DNA from: Bacilli bacterium
Lineage (GTDB): Bacteria; Bacillota_I; Bacilli_A; ML615J-28; CAG-698
Assembly: GCA_045577945.1 (NCBI GenBank)
Contig: JAZNJG010000197.1
Coordinates: forward strand, 1-59,826
Direction of reading: 5' to 3'
DNA: 59,826 nucleotides
The notes beneath the pieces are model-generated. The model did not search any database, had not been told where the DNA came from, and saw only the letters and a list, made by a program, of their open reading frames with translations. How positions within the stretch are numbered: the stretch's first letter is position 1; the number at the start of each line of letters is the position of its first letter. Shown here piece after piece: positions 51,139 to 59,759 of the stretch. The translations under genes and the position numbers were made by a program.

Positions 51139-52632
51139 ATGCTTTTAGGTAGTGTTTTTGGATTTAAATTTCGAAAAAATAAAAATACAGAAAACGAAAG
51201 AGTAATAACCCCTGTTACAACTGAAAACGATGGTGGTATTACTCTAGACTCATCAAGCTATTTTTATTATAGTCGTGATGGTTATAATAGTGTTGATATT
51301 ATATCGAATGAAGTTGATTTAATTAACCGATATCGCAGCATGGTTAATAACCCTGATGTATCTAATGCAATAGATGATATATGTGATGAAGCTATCGTAG
51401 TAGATAATGGTGTAGTAAGTATCAATCTTGATGCAATATCTGATGATATTTTACCTGATAATTCAAAAGATATTATCATAGAAGAATTTGGTAAGGTTTT
51501 AACTGCAATGGATTTTAATATTAATGCATATAATTTATTTCGTCAATTCTATATTGATGGTCGTATATATATGCATGCATTAGTTGATATTAATAATCCA
51601 TCTCAAGGTGTTAAGAAATTCAAAATAATTGATCCGCGTCAAATTGTTAAAGTACGTGAGGTCAATGAAGCACTTAGTGATAATGGTATAATGATTGAGC
51701 AGGAGGGTGAAGAATATTTTATCTATAATAAAGATGGTATAGATAGTGGAACCCTATCCGGAGTTAAAATTTCAAAAGATTCGATAGCATATGCATTTTC
51801 TGGTATTGTTGATAATAATGGCTGTGTACTAAGTGATTTACATAGAGCAATAAAACCACTAAATCAATTAACATTAGTTGAAGATAGTTCTGTTGTCTAT
51901 AGATTAGCTCGCTCGTCAGAAAAAAGAGTATTTTATGTAGATTGTGGAAGAATGAATCCAAAACAATCTGAAGAATATGTTCAAAGATTAATGGCAAGCC
52001 ATAACAATAAACTTCAATATAATAGTGAAACTGGTGAAATTGATAGTGATAAAAAATTCCTATCCATGCTAGATGATTTTTGGATGCCGCGTATCAATGG
52101 TAAATCAACTGAAATTCAATCACTTGATGGTGGTGCATCACTAGGTGAAATAGAAGATATCTTGTACTTTCAAAAGAAATTTCTAAAATCATTAAAAGTA
52201 CCAACTTCTAGATTAGATGGTGATAATAGTATCGGTTTAGGTCGTACAAATGAAATAAATCGTGATGAATTAAAATTTAACAAATTTGTTCAACGCAAGC
52301 TTGTTAAATTTAGCGATTTACTCAGAGGCTCACTTCGCATTCAATTGCTTAGCACTAATACAATTTCAGTTGAAGATTGGGATCGTATTGAAAATTTAAT
52401 TGAATTTGATTGGAAGAAAGATTCATATTTTACTGAATTGAAGAACATGGAAATTCTTAGAGAAAAAATAAGCGCTATAAATGATATTAATGATTATATA
52501 GGCACATATTTTAGCAAAGAATATGTACAAAAGAATATTCTTAATATGTCAGATGATGAAATATTCAATATGAATCAACAAATTAAAAAAGAAAAGTCTA
52601 ACCAGCCTCAAGATGAGGAAGAAATATATTAA
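51139..52632 (+). CDS. gp20: portal vertex protein (gp20-like)
   Basis: 497 aa at the gp20 position (tube, portal, core/protease, scaffold, capsid). Conserved portal block DDFWMPR...GKSTEIQSL. Confidence 0.8.
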   Translation: MLLGSVFGFKFRKNKNTENERVITPVTTENDGGITLDSSSYFYYSRDGYNSVDIISNEVDLINRYRSMVNNPDVSNAIDDICDEAIVVDNGVVSINLDAISDDILPDNSKDIIIEEFGKVLTAMDFNINAYNLFRQFYIDGRIYMHALVDINNPSQGVKKFKIIDPRQIVKVREVNEALSDNGIMIEQEGEEYFIYNKDGIDSGTLSGVKISKDSIAYAFSGIVDNNGCVLSDLHRAIKPLNQLTLVEDSSVVYRLARSSEKRVFYVDCGRMNPKQSEEYVQRLMASHNNKLQYNSETGEIDSDKKFLSMLDDFWMPRINGKSTEIQSLDGGASLGEIEDILYFQKKFLKSLKVPTSRLDGDNSIGLGRTNEINRDELKFNKFVQRKLVKFSDLLRGSLRIQLLSTNTISVEDWDRIENLIEFDWKKDSYFTELKNMEILREKISAINDINDYIGTYFSKEYVQKNILNMSDDEIFNMNQQIKKEKSNQPQDEEEIY

Positions 52633-52651
52633 TTTTTTTAAGGAGAGTATA

Positions 52652-52834
52652 ATGAGAAAGTTATTTGAATCTGCTAATAGTGATTTTTTAGATGTTGAGA
52701 CAAAAATCAAAGAAGAATTAAACTGTAAAGCTATTGAAGAAATCGAAAAACTTGAAGAACAAACAACTAAAGATATGATGGAAAATGATGAAGAAGTTGC
52801 TGAAGTTGATATGGAAGTTGCTGAAGAAGAGTAA
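52652..52834 (+). CDS. small acidic protein (prohead core gp67/68-like position)
   Basis: AAGGAGAG RBS before ATG 52652. The C-terminus reads DEEVAEVDMEVAEEE. Confidence 0.45.
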   Translation: MRKLFESANSDFLDVETKIKEELNCKAIEEIEKLEEQTTKDMMENDEEVAEVDMEVAEEE

Positions 52835-52838
52835 TTCA

Positions 52839-53309
52839 ATGAATAATCAAATTTCTAAAAACTTTACGTTAGATGAGTTGATTTATTCAGATACTGCCAA
52901 TAAACTAGGTATAGATAATAAACCATCAGAAGAAGAATATAATAGAATGTGTCATCTTTGTAATAAATTGTTACAACCACTTCGTGATGATTTAGATAAA
53001 CCTATTAGAATTAATTCTTGTTATAGAGGTGAAGAATTAAATAAAGCGGTAAATGGCTCTAAAACATCTCAACACTGTAAAGGTGAAGCTGCTGATATTG
53101 AAATAGATGGAATGTCAAATTATGATCTAGCTTGTTATATTAGAGATAATTATGAATTTGATCAGTTAATTTTAGAATTTGCTAATAACTTAAATACTGA
53201 TAAAAATAGTGGATGGGTTCATGTTTCTTTAAAGGATAACAACAATAGAAAAGAGTGTCTAACAATTAAATCTTCAAAAACAGGCTATCAAAAAGGATTA
53301 ATAAAATGA
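52839..53309 (+). CDS. peptidase M15 (LAS-family) peptidoglycan peptidase, likely endolysin
   Basis: FTLDELIYS...SCYRG...KTSQHCKGEAADIE...SGWVHVS. It is paralogous to the central domain of the gp5-like spike. ATG 52839 follows the upstream stop. Confidence 0.8.
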   Translation: MNNQISKNFTLDELIYSDTANKLGIDNKPSEEEYNRMCHLCNKLLQPLRDDLDKPIRINSCYRGEELNKAVNGSKTSQHCKGEAADIEIDGMSNYDLACYIRDNYEFDQLILEFANNLNTDKNSGWVHVSLKDNNNRKECLTIKSSKTGYQKGLIK

Positions 53310-53551
53310 AAACATTTAAAGAGTATCTAAAAGAAAACACTGATCAAGAAAAATTAGATAAGATTATTCGTGAAAATGAAAAAATTATCGAAGATATATC
53401 TTCGTTACTTGATGATATTAAAGATGATATATACAAATTAAAAAATGGTATTGCATATTCTAGTCAACCTATAAGAAAGAATGCATCTTCTTTAGAGTCA
53501 CATTGCAAAGAAATGATATCTTTAAGTAAAAAATTAAAAGAACAACGATAG
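53306..53551 (+). CDS. hypothetical helical protein
   Basis: The N-terminus MKTFKEYLKE is shared with the next ORF. Confidence 0.4.
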   Translation: MKTFKEYLKENTDQEKLDKIIRENEKIIEDISSLLDDIKDDIYKLKNGIAYSSQPIRKNASSLESHCKEMISLSKKLKEQR

Positions 53552-53565
53552 AGAGGTTAAATATT

Positions 53566-53832
53566 ATGAAAAGCTTTAAGGAGTTTTTAGCAGAAAGTAT
53601 CGATAAACAAGATATTAAATGGTATGAATCACAAATAAAAGCATTTACAAAAGCATACTTAGATACAACAGAACAAATGGAAGAATTACTACGAGATATA
53701 GTTGTATCGTCTGACTATGATCTTGAAATAGAGAAAAATAAGGTTTATAAAGCTATTGATTCTTATAGTGCTAGCTTTGGAAAAGTTCAAAAAGCTTTTG
53801 ATAATTTAATGAAAAGAGCTCAAGGAAAATAA
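53566..53832 (+). CDS. hypothetical helical protein
   Basis: N-terminus MKSFKEFLAE; GAGAGG RBS. Confidence 0.4.
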   Translation: MKSFKEFLAESIDKQDIKWYESQIKAFTKAYLDTTEQMEELLRDIVVSSDYDLEIEKNKVYKAIDSYSASFGKVQKAFDNLMKRAQGK

Positions 53833-53834
53833 AA

Positions 53835-54197
53835 ATGTCTAAACTAAATCTAGTTTGTTATATAGCTTTATTATCTATAATTTCATATCTATCTATATCT
53901 ACACATAGGTATAAAATACAATCAATTGAAAAAAGTAATATAATTAATAGCCTAACACTAGATTTGGAAAATACTAAATTAAATTTGGATGAAGCAAATA
54001 AAAATATTGAAATTGCTAATCAAAATTTAGAAAATTATATACAATTAAATAATAATCTCAATAAACAATTAAAAGAGATTACATCTATTATAGTTAATCC
54101 AGATAATATTAACGAAGAAGTTAAACAAATTAATTGTATGTTTAATAATATCACTAAGAAAGGGAATTGTATTAATGGTCAATTTATTGAAGATTAG
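53835..54197 (+). CDS. i-spanin candidate
   Basis: N-terminal TMD LVCYIALLSIISYLSI followed by a long coiled-coil-like segment (LDLENTKLNLDEANKNIEIANQNLENY). Overlapped by the next gene. Confidence 0.55.
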   Translation: MSKLNLVCYIALLSIISYLSISTHRYKIQSIEKSNIINSLTLDLENTKLNLDEANKNIEIANQNLENYIQLNNNLNKQLKEITSIIVNPDNINEEVKQINCMFNNITKKGNCINGQFIED

Positions 54198-54429
54198 TTT
54201 TATATTCCTTTTCTTATGTGCTTGTTCTACGACTGAGCATCATATTTCACCAAATATTCAAGTTAATGATGTTAAATATCAGTATGAAGAGTTATATCTA
54301 AATGAAATTAATTTTAATTTAGATGAAAATAAAGATATTTATATTGATCAAGAAAATTGGAAAATTATAAAAACCAATTTAATTAAAATCCATTATCATA
54401 TTCTTAAACTACAAGAGCAGATAAAATAA
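54175..54429 (+). CDS. o-spanin candidate (lipoprotein)
   Basis: Signal and lipobox MVNLLKISFIFLFLCAC. It starts 23 nt inside the i-spanin candidate in another frame. Confidence 0.55.
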   Translation: MVNLLKISFIFLFLCACSTTEHHISPNIQVNDVKYQYEELYLNEINFNLDENKDIYIDQENWKIIKTNLIKIHYHILKLQEQIK

Positions 54430-54489
54430 TTATTTAATTATAATAAATCTAGTATATGTATAGAAAATCTATATGTGGTTAGATTTTAT

Positions 54490-54497
54490 TATAAATA
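54490..54497 (+). promoter_or_regulatory. late promoter TATAAATAATTATATAAA
   Basis: 38 nt before the prohead protease ATG. Confidence 0.55.
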
Positions 54498-54534
54498 ATT
54501 ATATAAATTAACTTTTATATAAGAGTACAATAAA

Positions 54535-55197
54535 ATGAAATTAATTACAGAGTATAATAATAGTAATATTAAATCTAGTTGTGTAATTAATGAATCTACT
54601 AAAGAAAAGAACTGGTTTATTGAGGGTGTATACGCGCAGGCAGAAGTTGAAAATCGTAATGGTCGTATATATCCAAAAGATGTTTTAAATGAAGCTGTTG
54701 ATACATATATCAATGAATATGTAAACACACATCGTGCTCTTTCTGAATTAAATCACCCTGAACATCCACAAGTAAACCCTGAACGTGCTTGTGCTTTAAT
54801 CAAAGAACTCCGTTGTGAGGGAAATGATTATTACGGTAAAGCAATCGTTTTAGATACACCATTAGGAAATATTGTTAAAGGTATTTTAGCTGGTGGTGGA
54901 CAATTAGGTGTTTCTACTAGAGCATTAGGAGATATTGATACTAGAAATGGTATTGATTATGTTAAACCTGGTTTAGTTATATCTGCTATTGATGTGGTTG
55001 CTGACCCTTCAGCTCCAAAAGCTTTTGTTAATGGTATTATGGAATCATGTGAATGGTTTAAACAAGGCGATAGATTCGTTAAGCAAACAAGGCAATCACA
55101 AAAAGAAATTAATGAAGCTATTAGAATGACTAAGATTAAAGAAGAGCGTGAAAGGCTTTTTATTGAATCTTTCAAAAATTTTATTAAATCAATTTAA
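54535..55197 (+). CDS. gp21: prohead core protease (gp21-like)
   Basis: FIEGVYAQAEVENRNGRIYPKDVLNEAVDTYINEYV..ALSELNHP parallels T4 gp21 YIEGIFLQAEVVNRNKRLYPKRILEKAVKDYINEQV..ALGELNHP. GVSTRALG. Confidence 0.92.
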   Translation: MKLITEYNNSNIKSSCVINESTKEKNWFIEGVYAQAEVENRNGRIYPKDVLNEAVDTYINEYVNTHRALSELNHPEHPQVNPERACALIKELRCEGNDYYGKAIVLDTPLGNIVKGILAGGGQLGVSTRALGDIDTRNGIDYVKPGLVISAIDVVADPSAPKAFVNGIMESCEWFKQGDRFVKQTRQSQKEINEAIRMTKIKEERERLFIESFKNFIKSI

Positions 55198-55199
55198 TA

Positions 55200-55207
55200 T
55201 ATAAATA
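55200..55207 (+). promoter_or_regulatory. TATAAATA late-promoter box
   Basis: 40 nt before the scaffold ATG. Confidence 0.45.
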
Positions 55208-55246
55208 TTTAGGTAAAAATGTTTAATTAACACCTAGGAGTTATAA

Positions 55247-56452
55247 ATGGTTAAACGTAAATTAAAAGAAGCTGAAGAAGAGAAGATTTCAGTTATGGAG
55301 AGCGAAGAAATTATGACCGCTCTTGATGATTTGAAAGAAACTCTTACTAATGCTGAAAAGCTGGAAATCACAGAGGAAGAGATTGATTTTTCTGGTGCTG
55401 TTGATAAAGTGATTGAAGCATTAGAAGACCTCGATATCGAGCACAAAGATAAGGTAATTGAATCTTTAGAGTGTATGAAAGAAGAAGATCATATGATGAC
55501 TCAAGAAGAAATCAAAGACTTTGTTGCTGAATGCGATATGGTTAAAGAGGAAATTGAAAACTTAGATAAAGAAGAAATCAAAGAAGAAGCTGAAGCTGAA
55601 GCTGAAGAAGTTAAAGAGGAAGAAGAGGAAACTCTTGAAGAATCTGAAGAAGCTCTAGTTGAAGCTGAAGAAATCAAAGAAGAAGCTGAAGCTGAAGCTG
55701 AAGAAGTTAAAGAGGAAGAAGAGGAAACTCTTGAAGAATCTGTAAATCGTATTTTTGGTAAATTAGAATTAGCTGAAGATACAAAATTTGCTATCAGAAC
55801 ATTAATTGAAGCAAAAATCAAAGAAGAAGAAGAAAAAGTAATCGATGATTTGCAAGTTAAGTGTGAAGAGTACGCTGAAGAATTAAGAAAAGAAGCTGAA
55901 GCTGAATTGGCTGAAGAGGTTGAAGAATTAAACAAGAAGGCTGATTCCTACCTATCACATGTTGCTGAAGAATGGGCTGAAGAAAATAAATTAGCAATCA
56001 AAGAAGGATTAAAAGTTCAGATTGCTGAAAACTTCATCAATGGATTGAAAAAATTGTTAGAAGAAAACGATATTGAAATTGATGATGAAAAAGAAGATCT
56101 TGTTCAAGAAACTGTTGAGAAATGCGAGAAACTTCAAGATAAGTTAGATGAAGTATTAGCCGATAAAGCAGAATTACAAGAACAAGTAAAAGTATTGAAT
56201 CGTTATAAAATGATTCAAGAAAGCACACGCGAATTAACTCAGGTTCAGCGTGATCGTTTAAGCAAACTTTTAGAAGGCTTTTCATATACAGATGAAGCTG
56301 AATTAGCTAGCAGAATTAAAGTTTTAAAAGAAAACTATATTGCTGTTGCTAAACCAGAAGTTCTGAATGAACAAGTTTCTAAAAAGGTAGCTAAGGTATC
56401 TGCTGTAGATAATGATATCGAAGCTTATGCTAGTTTTATTAACCGTGGGTAA
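55247..56452 (+). CDS. gp22: prohead scaffold protein (gp22-like)
   Basis: Very acidic, helical, 401 aa, lying between the protease and the capsid gene. Confidence 0.72.
   Translation: MVKRKLKEAEEEKISVMESEEIMTALDDLKETLTNAEKLEITEEEIDFSGAVDKVIEALEDLDIEHKDKVIESLECMKEEDHMMTQEEIKDFVAECDMVKEEIENLDKEEIKEEAEAEAEEVKEEEEETLEESEEALVEAEEIKEEAEAEAEEVKEEEEETLEESVNRIFGKLELAEDTKFAIRTLIEAKIKEEEEKVIDDLQVKCEEYAEELRKEAEAELAEEVEELNKKADSYLSHVAEEWAEENKLAIKEGLKVQIAENFINGLKKLLEENDIEIDDEKEDLVQETVEKCEKLQDKLDEVLADKAELQEQVKVLNRYKMIQESTRELTQVQRDRLSKLLEGFSYTDEAELASRIKVLKENYIAVAKPEVLNEQVSKKVAKVSAVDNDIEAYASFINRG
55571..55742 (+). repeat. 96-bp-period tandem duplication inside the scaffold gene (76-bp perfect repeat)
   Basis: gaagaaatcaaagaagaagctgaagctgaagctgaagaagttaaagaggaagaagaggaaactcttgaagaatctg occurs at 55571-55646 and again at 55667-55742. 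Confidence 0.9.
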
Positions 56453-56460
56453 CTAACTTG

Positions 56461-56468
56461 TATAAATA
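56461..56468 (+). promoter_or_regulatory. late promoter, distal copy (ACTTGTATAAATAATTATATAAT)
   Basis: First of two copies of cttgtataaataattat upstream of the capsid gene. Confidence 0.55.
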
Positions 56469-56513
56469 ATTATATAATAATTCATTTATATAAGAGTTAT
56501 TTTTTAGAACTTG

Positions 56514-56521
56514 TATAAATA
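56514..56521 (+). promoter_or_regulatory. late promoter, proximal copy (ACTTGTATAAATAATTATGTAT)
   Basis: Second copy, 50 nt before ATG 56571. Confidence 0.6.
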
Positions 56522-56570
56522 ATTATGTATAGTTATATTATATAATATAAACAATGGAGAAAATAAATAA

Positions 56571-57833
56571 ATGTCAATTCTTACAGAAGAAGTTAAGAAG
56601 AAATGGGAAAAGGTTATTAATGCTGGTGAAGCTATTAATGAATCTTACAAAAAGAATGTAACTACCATTCTTCTCGAAAATACTCAGAGAGCTTTGAAAG
56701 AAGCTGTTATGAATACAACTTCAGCAGTTGCTAATTACGATCCTGTATTGATTTCTATGGTTCGTCGTGCAGCTCCTAAATTGATCCCTTATGATATTGC
56801 TGGTGTTCAACCAATGACTGGTCCTACTGGATTGGTATTCGCTATGCGCTCTCGTTATGTTTCTGGTACTGAAGGTGCAATGGCTAATGAAGCAGAAGCT
56901 TTATTTGATGAAGCTAATACTGCTTGGTCTGGTAAGAGAGGTGGTGATTACGATACAGCTGCTAACCCTGCAGTAATGAATGTTACTGATACAGCTGCTA
57001 ATTATACAACTGGTACAGGTATGTTGACAGCAGAAGCTGAAGTACTCGGTATTGCTACTGGTACAAAAATTGCTGATATGGGATTCTCAATTGAGAAAGT
57101 TTCTGTTGAAGCTAAATCACGCGCTTTGAAAGCTACATTCTCTACTGAATTGCAGCAAGATTTGAAAGCTATTCATGGATTGGATGCTGATACTGAATTA
57201 GCTAATATCTTGTCTACTGAATTGTTGGCTGAAATCAATCGTCAATTTGTTCGTACAGTTTATATTGTAGCTAAAGTCGGTTCTCAACAAGCTAAATTGG
57301 CTGAAAAAGGAACATTCGATATGTCAGTTGATTCTGATGGTCGTTGGTCTGCTGAACAATATAAAGGCTTGAAGATGCAAGTTGAAAAAGAAGCTAACGT
57401 ATTGTCAAAAGAAACTCGCCGTGGTCGTGGTAACATTGTTATCGCTTCTCCAGATGTTGTATCTGCTTTAGCTGAAAGCGGTCGTTTAGATTATGCTCCA
57501 GCTTTAAATACAAATATTGAAGTTGATACAGCTACTACAACTTTCATGGGTGTATTGGATGGTCGTTTTAAAGTTTACGCTGATCCATATTTGGCTGGTT
57601 TAGAGTCTGATTTCATGGTAGTAGGTTATAAAGGTTCTAACGCTTATGACGCTGGTATCTTCTATTGCCCATATGTTCCATTAGAGATGTATAAAACTGT
57701 TGGTCAGGATGATTTCCAACCAAGAATCGGCTTCAAAACAAGAGCTGGTATTGTTGAAAATCCATTCGCTGGTAAAGATTTAGCACGCGCTGCTAACGCT
57801 TACTATCGCAAGACTAGAATTGTTAACCTCTAA
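56571..57833 (+). CDS. gp23: major capsid protein (gp23-like)
   Basis: MVRRAAPKLIPYDIAGVQPMTGPTGLVFAMRSRY parallels T4 gp23 MVRRAIPNLIAFDICGVQPMNSPTGQVFALRAVY. GGAGA RBS. Codon usage is biased to GCT/GGT/CGT/ACT. Confidence 0.95.
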   Translation: MSILTEEVKKKWEKVINAGEAINESYKKNVTTILLENTQRALKEAVMNTTSAVANYDPVLISMVRRAAPKLIPYDIAGVQPMTGPTGLVFAMRSRYVSGTEGAMANEAEALFDEANTAWSGKRGGDYDTAANPAVMNVTDTAANYTTGTGMLTAEAEVLGIATGTKIADMGFSIEKVSVEAKSRALKATFSTELQQDLKAIHGLDADTELANILSTELLAEINRQFVRTVYIVAKVGSQQAKLAEKGTFDMSVDSDGRWSAEQYKGLKMQVEKEANVLSKETRRGRGNIVIASPDVVSALAESGRLDYAPALNTNIEVDTATTTFMGVLDGRFKVYADPYLAGLESDFMVVGYKGSNAYDAGIFYCPYVPLEMYKTVGQDDFQPRIGFKTRAGIVENPFAGKDLARAANAYYRKTRIVNL

Positions 57834-57848
57834 TAGAGTCTAAACAAT

Positions 57849-57883
57849 AAAAAAAGAGTGCTAAATTTTAGCACTCTTTTTTT
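57849..57883. terminator. bidirectional terminator between the capsid gene and a convergent homing-endonuclease gene
   Basis: aaaaaaagagtgctaaa-t-tttagcactcttttttt. Confidence 0.75.
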
Positions 57884-58935
57884 ATACTTTCAAACCATTT
57901 ATTAAATTCATCTATATTAAAAAATTCAATCCAATTTAAATTATTTTCTTTAGCTGTTTTTCTTTTTAAAGGATCTAGTTTAGTCCAAACATATATTGCA
58001 TTTTGATAAAATTTAGATTTAGCTGATTTCTCTACCCATTTATTTAATGTTTTTATACACCTATTATTATTTTCATTAAATTGTTTTAAACCATGAGTCC
58101 AATGAAAGTTTACTTCTATATATAAATCTAATTCAGGAATATAAAAATCACACATAAAGGGGTATTCATCTGTTTTATACTGTCTTATAGTATTTGGAAA
58201 TTTAGATATTAATTTTTCAAATACTCTGTTTTCTGGTCTAGATATATTAAACGAATTATTTTCTTTTTTTGTGTTATATTGTTTTTCTATAATTCTATCC
58301 CATTCTTGAGAACTTTTTATATTCATTGTATCTTTGACGCTTTTAGATATTCTATTATAAATATCATTAAGCTCATCTATTGATTTGAGATTAAATGTTT
58401 CTCTTCTTTTTTCAATGGATTCTCTCCATTTACTTGCTGATCTATTAACTCTTTCTAATTTACTACTATATGATATTTTACTAGATCTTATATTCTTTTC
58501 GACAACACTCATATTTTTATGTGATAATTTAATTTTTTCTGAGATTTCTTTCTTTTTATTATCGCTATAGCTACTAATTGTATTTTTTATTGATATAGAT
58601 ATCTTCTCTGAGATTTCTTTCTTTTTATCATTTGTTATACTTTGAAGCTGAAGTGATCGAGAACATTTCTTAGAACATGTTTTTTGGTACCCTGTATATG
58701 AATCTTTATATTTTAACCTATTTCCACATATAGGGCAGTATAAGAATTTATCAATTCGATTTATATAGCAATATTTTCTTTCAGAAAATGAAGGATTGAT
58801 TTGATTTAGAAACGAAGTATATTCCAATATTTCATTATATAATTGAGGATATAATGATGAAAATCTAAATTCACTTAAAAATTTATTATCTTCTATTATA
58901 TTATTTTTCATTTTTAAATATTTGTATACTTTCAC
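57868..58935 (-). CDS. free-standing homing-endonuclease-like protein (zinc finger, NUMOD3-like repeats, C-terminal PD-(D/E)XK-like nuclease)
   Basis: CPICGNRL...CSKKCS; KKKEISEKI repeated 23 aa apart (22-nt DNA repeats at 58538 and 58607); C-terminal FMCDFYIPELDLYIEVNFHWTHG. GTG start at 58935 or ATG at 58911. Confidence 0.68.
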   Translation of the reverse strand: MKVYKYLKMKNNIIEDNKFLSEFRFSSLYPQLYNEILEYTSFLNQINPSFSERKYCYINRIDKFLYCPICGNRLKYKDSYTGYQKTCSKKCSRSLQLQSITNDKKKEISEKISISIKNTISSYSDNKKKEISEKIKLSHKNMSVVEKNIRSSKISYSSKLERVNRSASKWRESIEKRRETFNLKSIDELNDIYNRISKSVKDTMNIKSSQEWDRIIEKQYNTKKENNSFNISRPENRVFEKLISKFPNTIRQYKTDEYPFMCDFYIPELDLYIEVNFHWTHGLKQFNENNNRCIKTLNKWVEKSAKSKFYQNAIYVWTKLDPLKRKTAKENNLNWIEFFNIDEFNKWFESIKKEC

Positions 58936-59758
58936 CTTTTTTAATATTAGTAGATTTTCTCTGAAAATGATTATAATTATTACTTAAAGTCTTTTCTTCT
59001 ATAAACTGCAATTTATTTTGCATGCATACTTTATTCATATCTTCTTTTAAATCGTTACTGATAATATAGACAAAATATTTAACATTATCTTTTAATGAAT
59101 GTTTAATAGTTTGATTCCACCATTCTAAAAAATCATTATAATTTAAATTTTCAGCACCTTGATCTGAATATTTTTCTTTATTCCAATATGGAGGGCATGT
59201 AAATACACACTCATAATCTTCATTTGGTGTAAACTTAGAGCTATCATTATTATATAGGATTACATTTGGTATATTTAACTCATTTACCATTTTAATACAA
59301 TTATTATATGTAGCTGTATTAATATCATTATAAATATAATTAATATTATAAGAACCTAATATACGGTGTCCCCACCCACCTGTAGGATCATATATAGACT
59401 TAATGTTATATTCTTCAATAAATTTTTTAACCCAAAATGGTGAAAATTGAGAATTACCTATATATATTCCTGAGATTTTAAACGCTCTTAGTATTTCTAT
59501 ATTGCTTAGATTAGTTGCATCCTTATTAATATATTTTTTACGGTTTAAATAAATCCATGATTGTAGTGGTAGTCTATGGTAAAATTCATTTTCATTCCAT
59601 AATTGTAGTTCTTTTTTATAATATTCTTTCCATTGATAATGAAGAATAATTTTATTTTTATTTGGTTGAGAATTATACCCACTATCATTATCTAATATAA
59701 AAGAGAGTAGTTCTTTTTTTAATTCTTTTTCATTATAGCTGATATTTAATTCTCTCAT
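58901..59758 (-). CDS. putative SAM-dependent DNA methyltransferase
   Basis: Motif I-like IYDPTGGWGHRILG followed by motif IV-like FTCPPYWN (a variant of (D/N/S)PPY). ATG 59758 is preferred to the ORF-track TTG 59773. Confidence 0.5.
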   Translation of the reverse strand: MRELNISYNEKELKKELLSFILDNDSGYNSQPNKNKIILHYQWKEYYKKELQLWNENEFYHRLPLQSWIYLNRKKYINKDATNLSNIEILRAFKISGIYIGNSQFSPFWVKKFIEEYNIKSIYDPTGGWGHRILGSYNINYIYNDINTATYNNCIKMVNELNIPNVILYNNDSSKFTPNEDYECVFTCPPYWNKEKYSDQGAENLNYNDFLEWWNQTIKHSLKDNVKYFVYIISNDLKEDMNKVCMQNKLQFIEEKTLSNNYNHFQRKSTNIKKGESIQIFKNEK

Positions 59759-59759
59759 A

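Noticed and set aside
55561-55935. Periodic gaagctgaagctgaa repeats examined as a possible CRISPR-like or satellite array
   Set aside because: The repeats are in frame within the acidic scaffold gene (EAEAEAEE). There are no unique spacers and no flanking leader, so this is a coding tandem duplication only.
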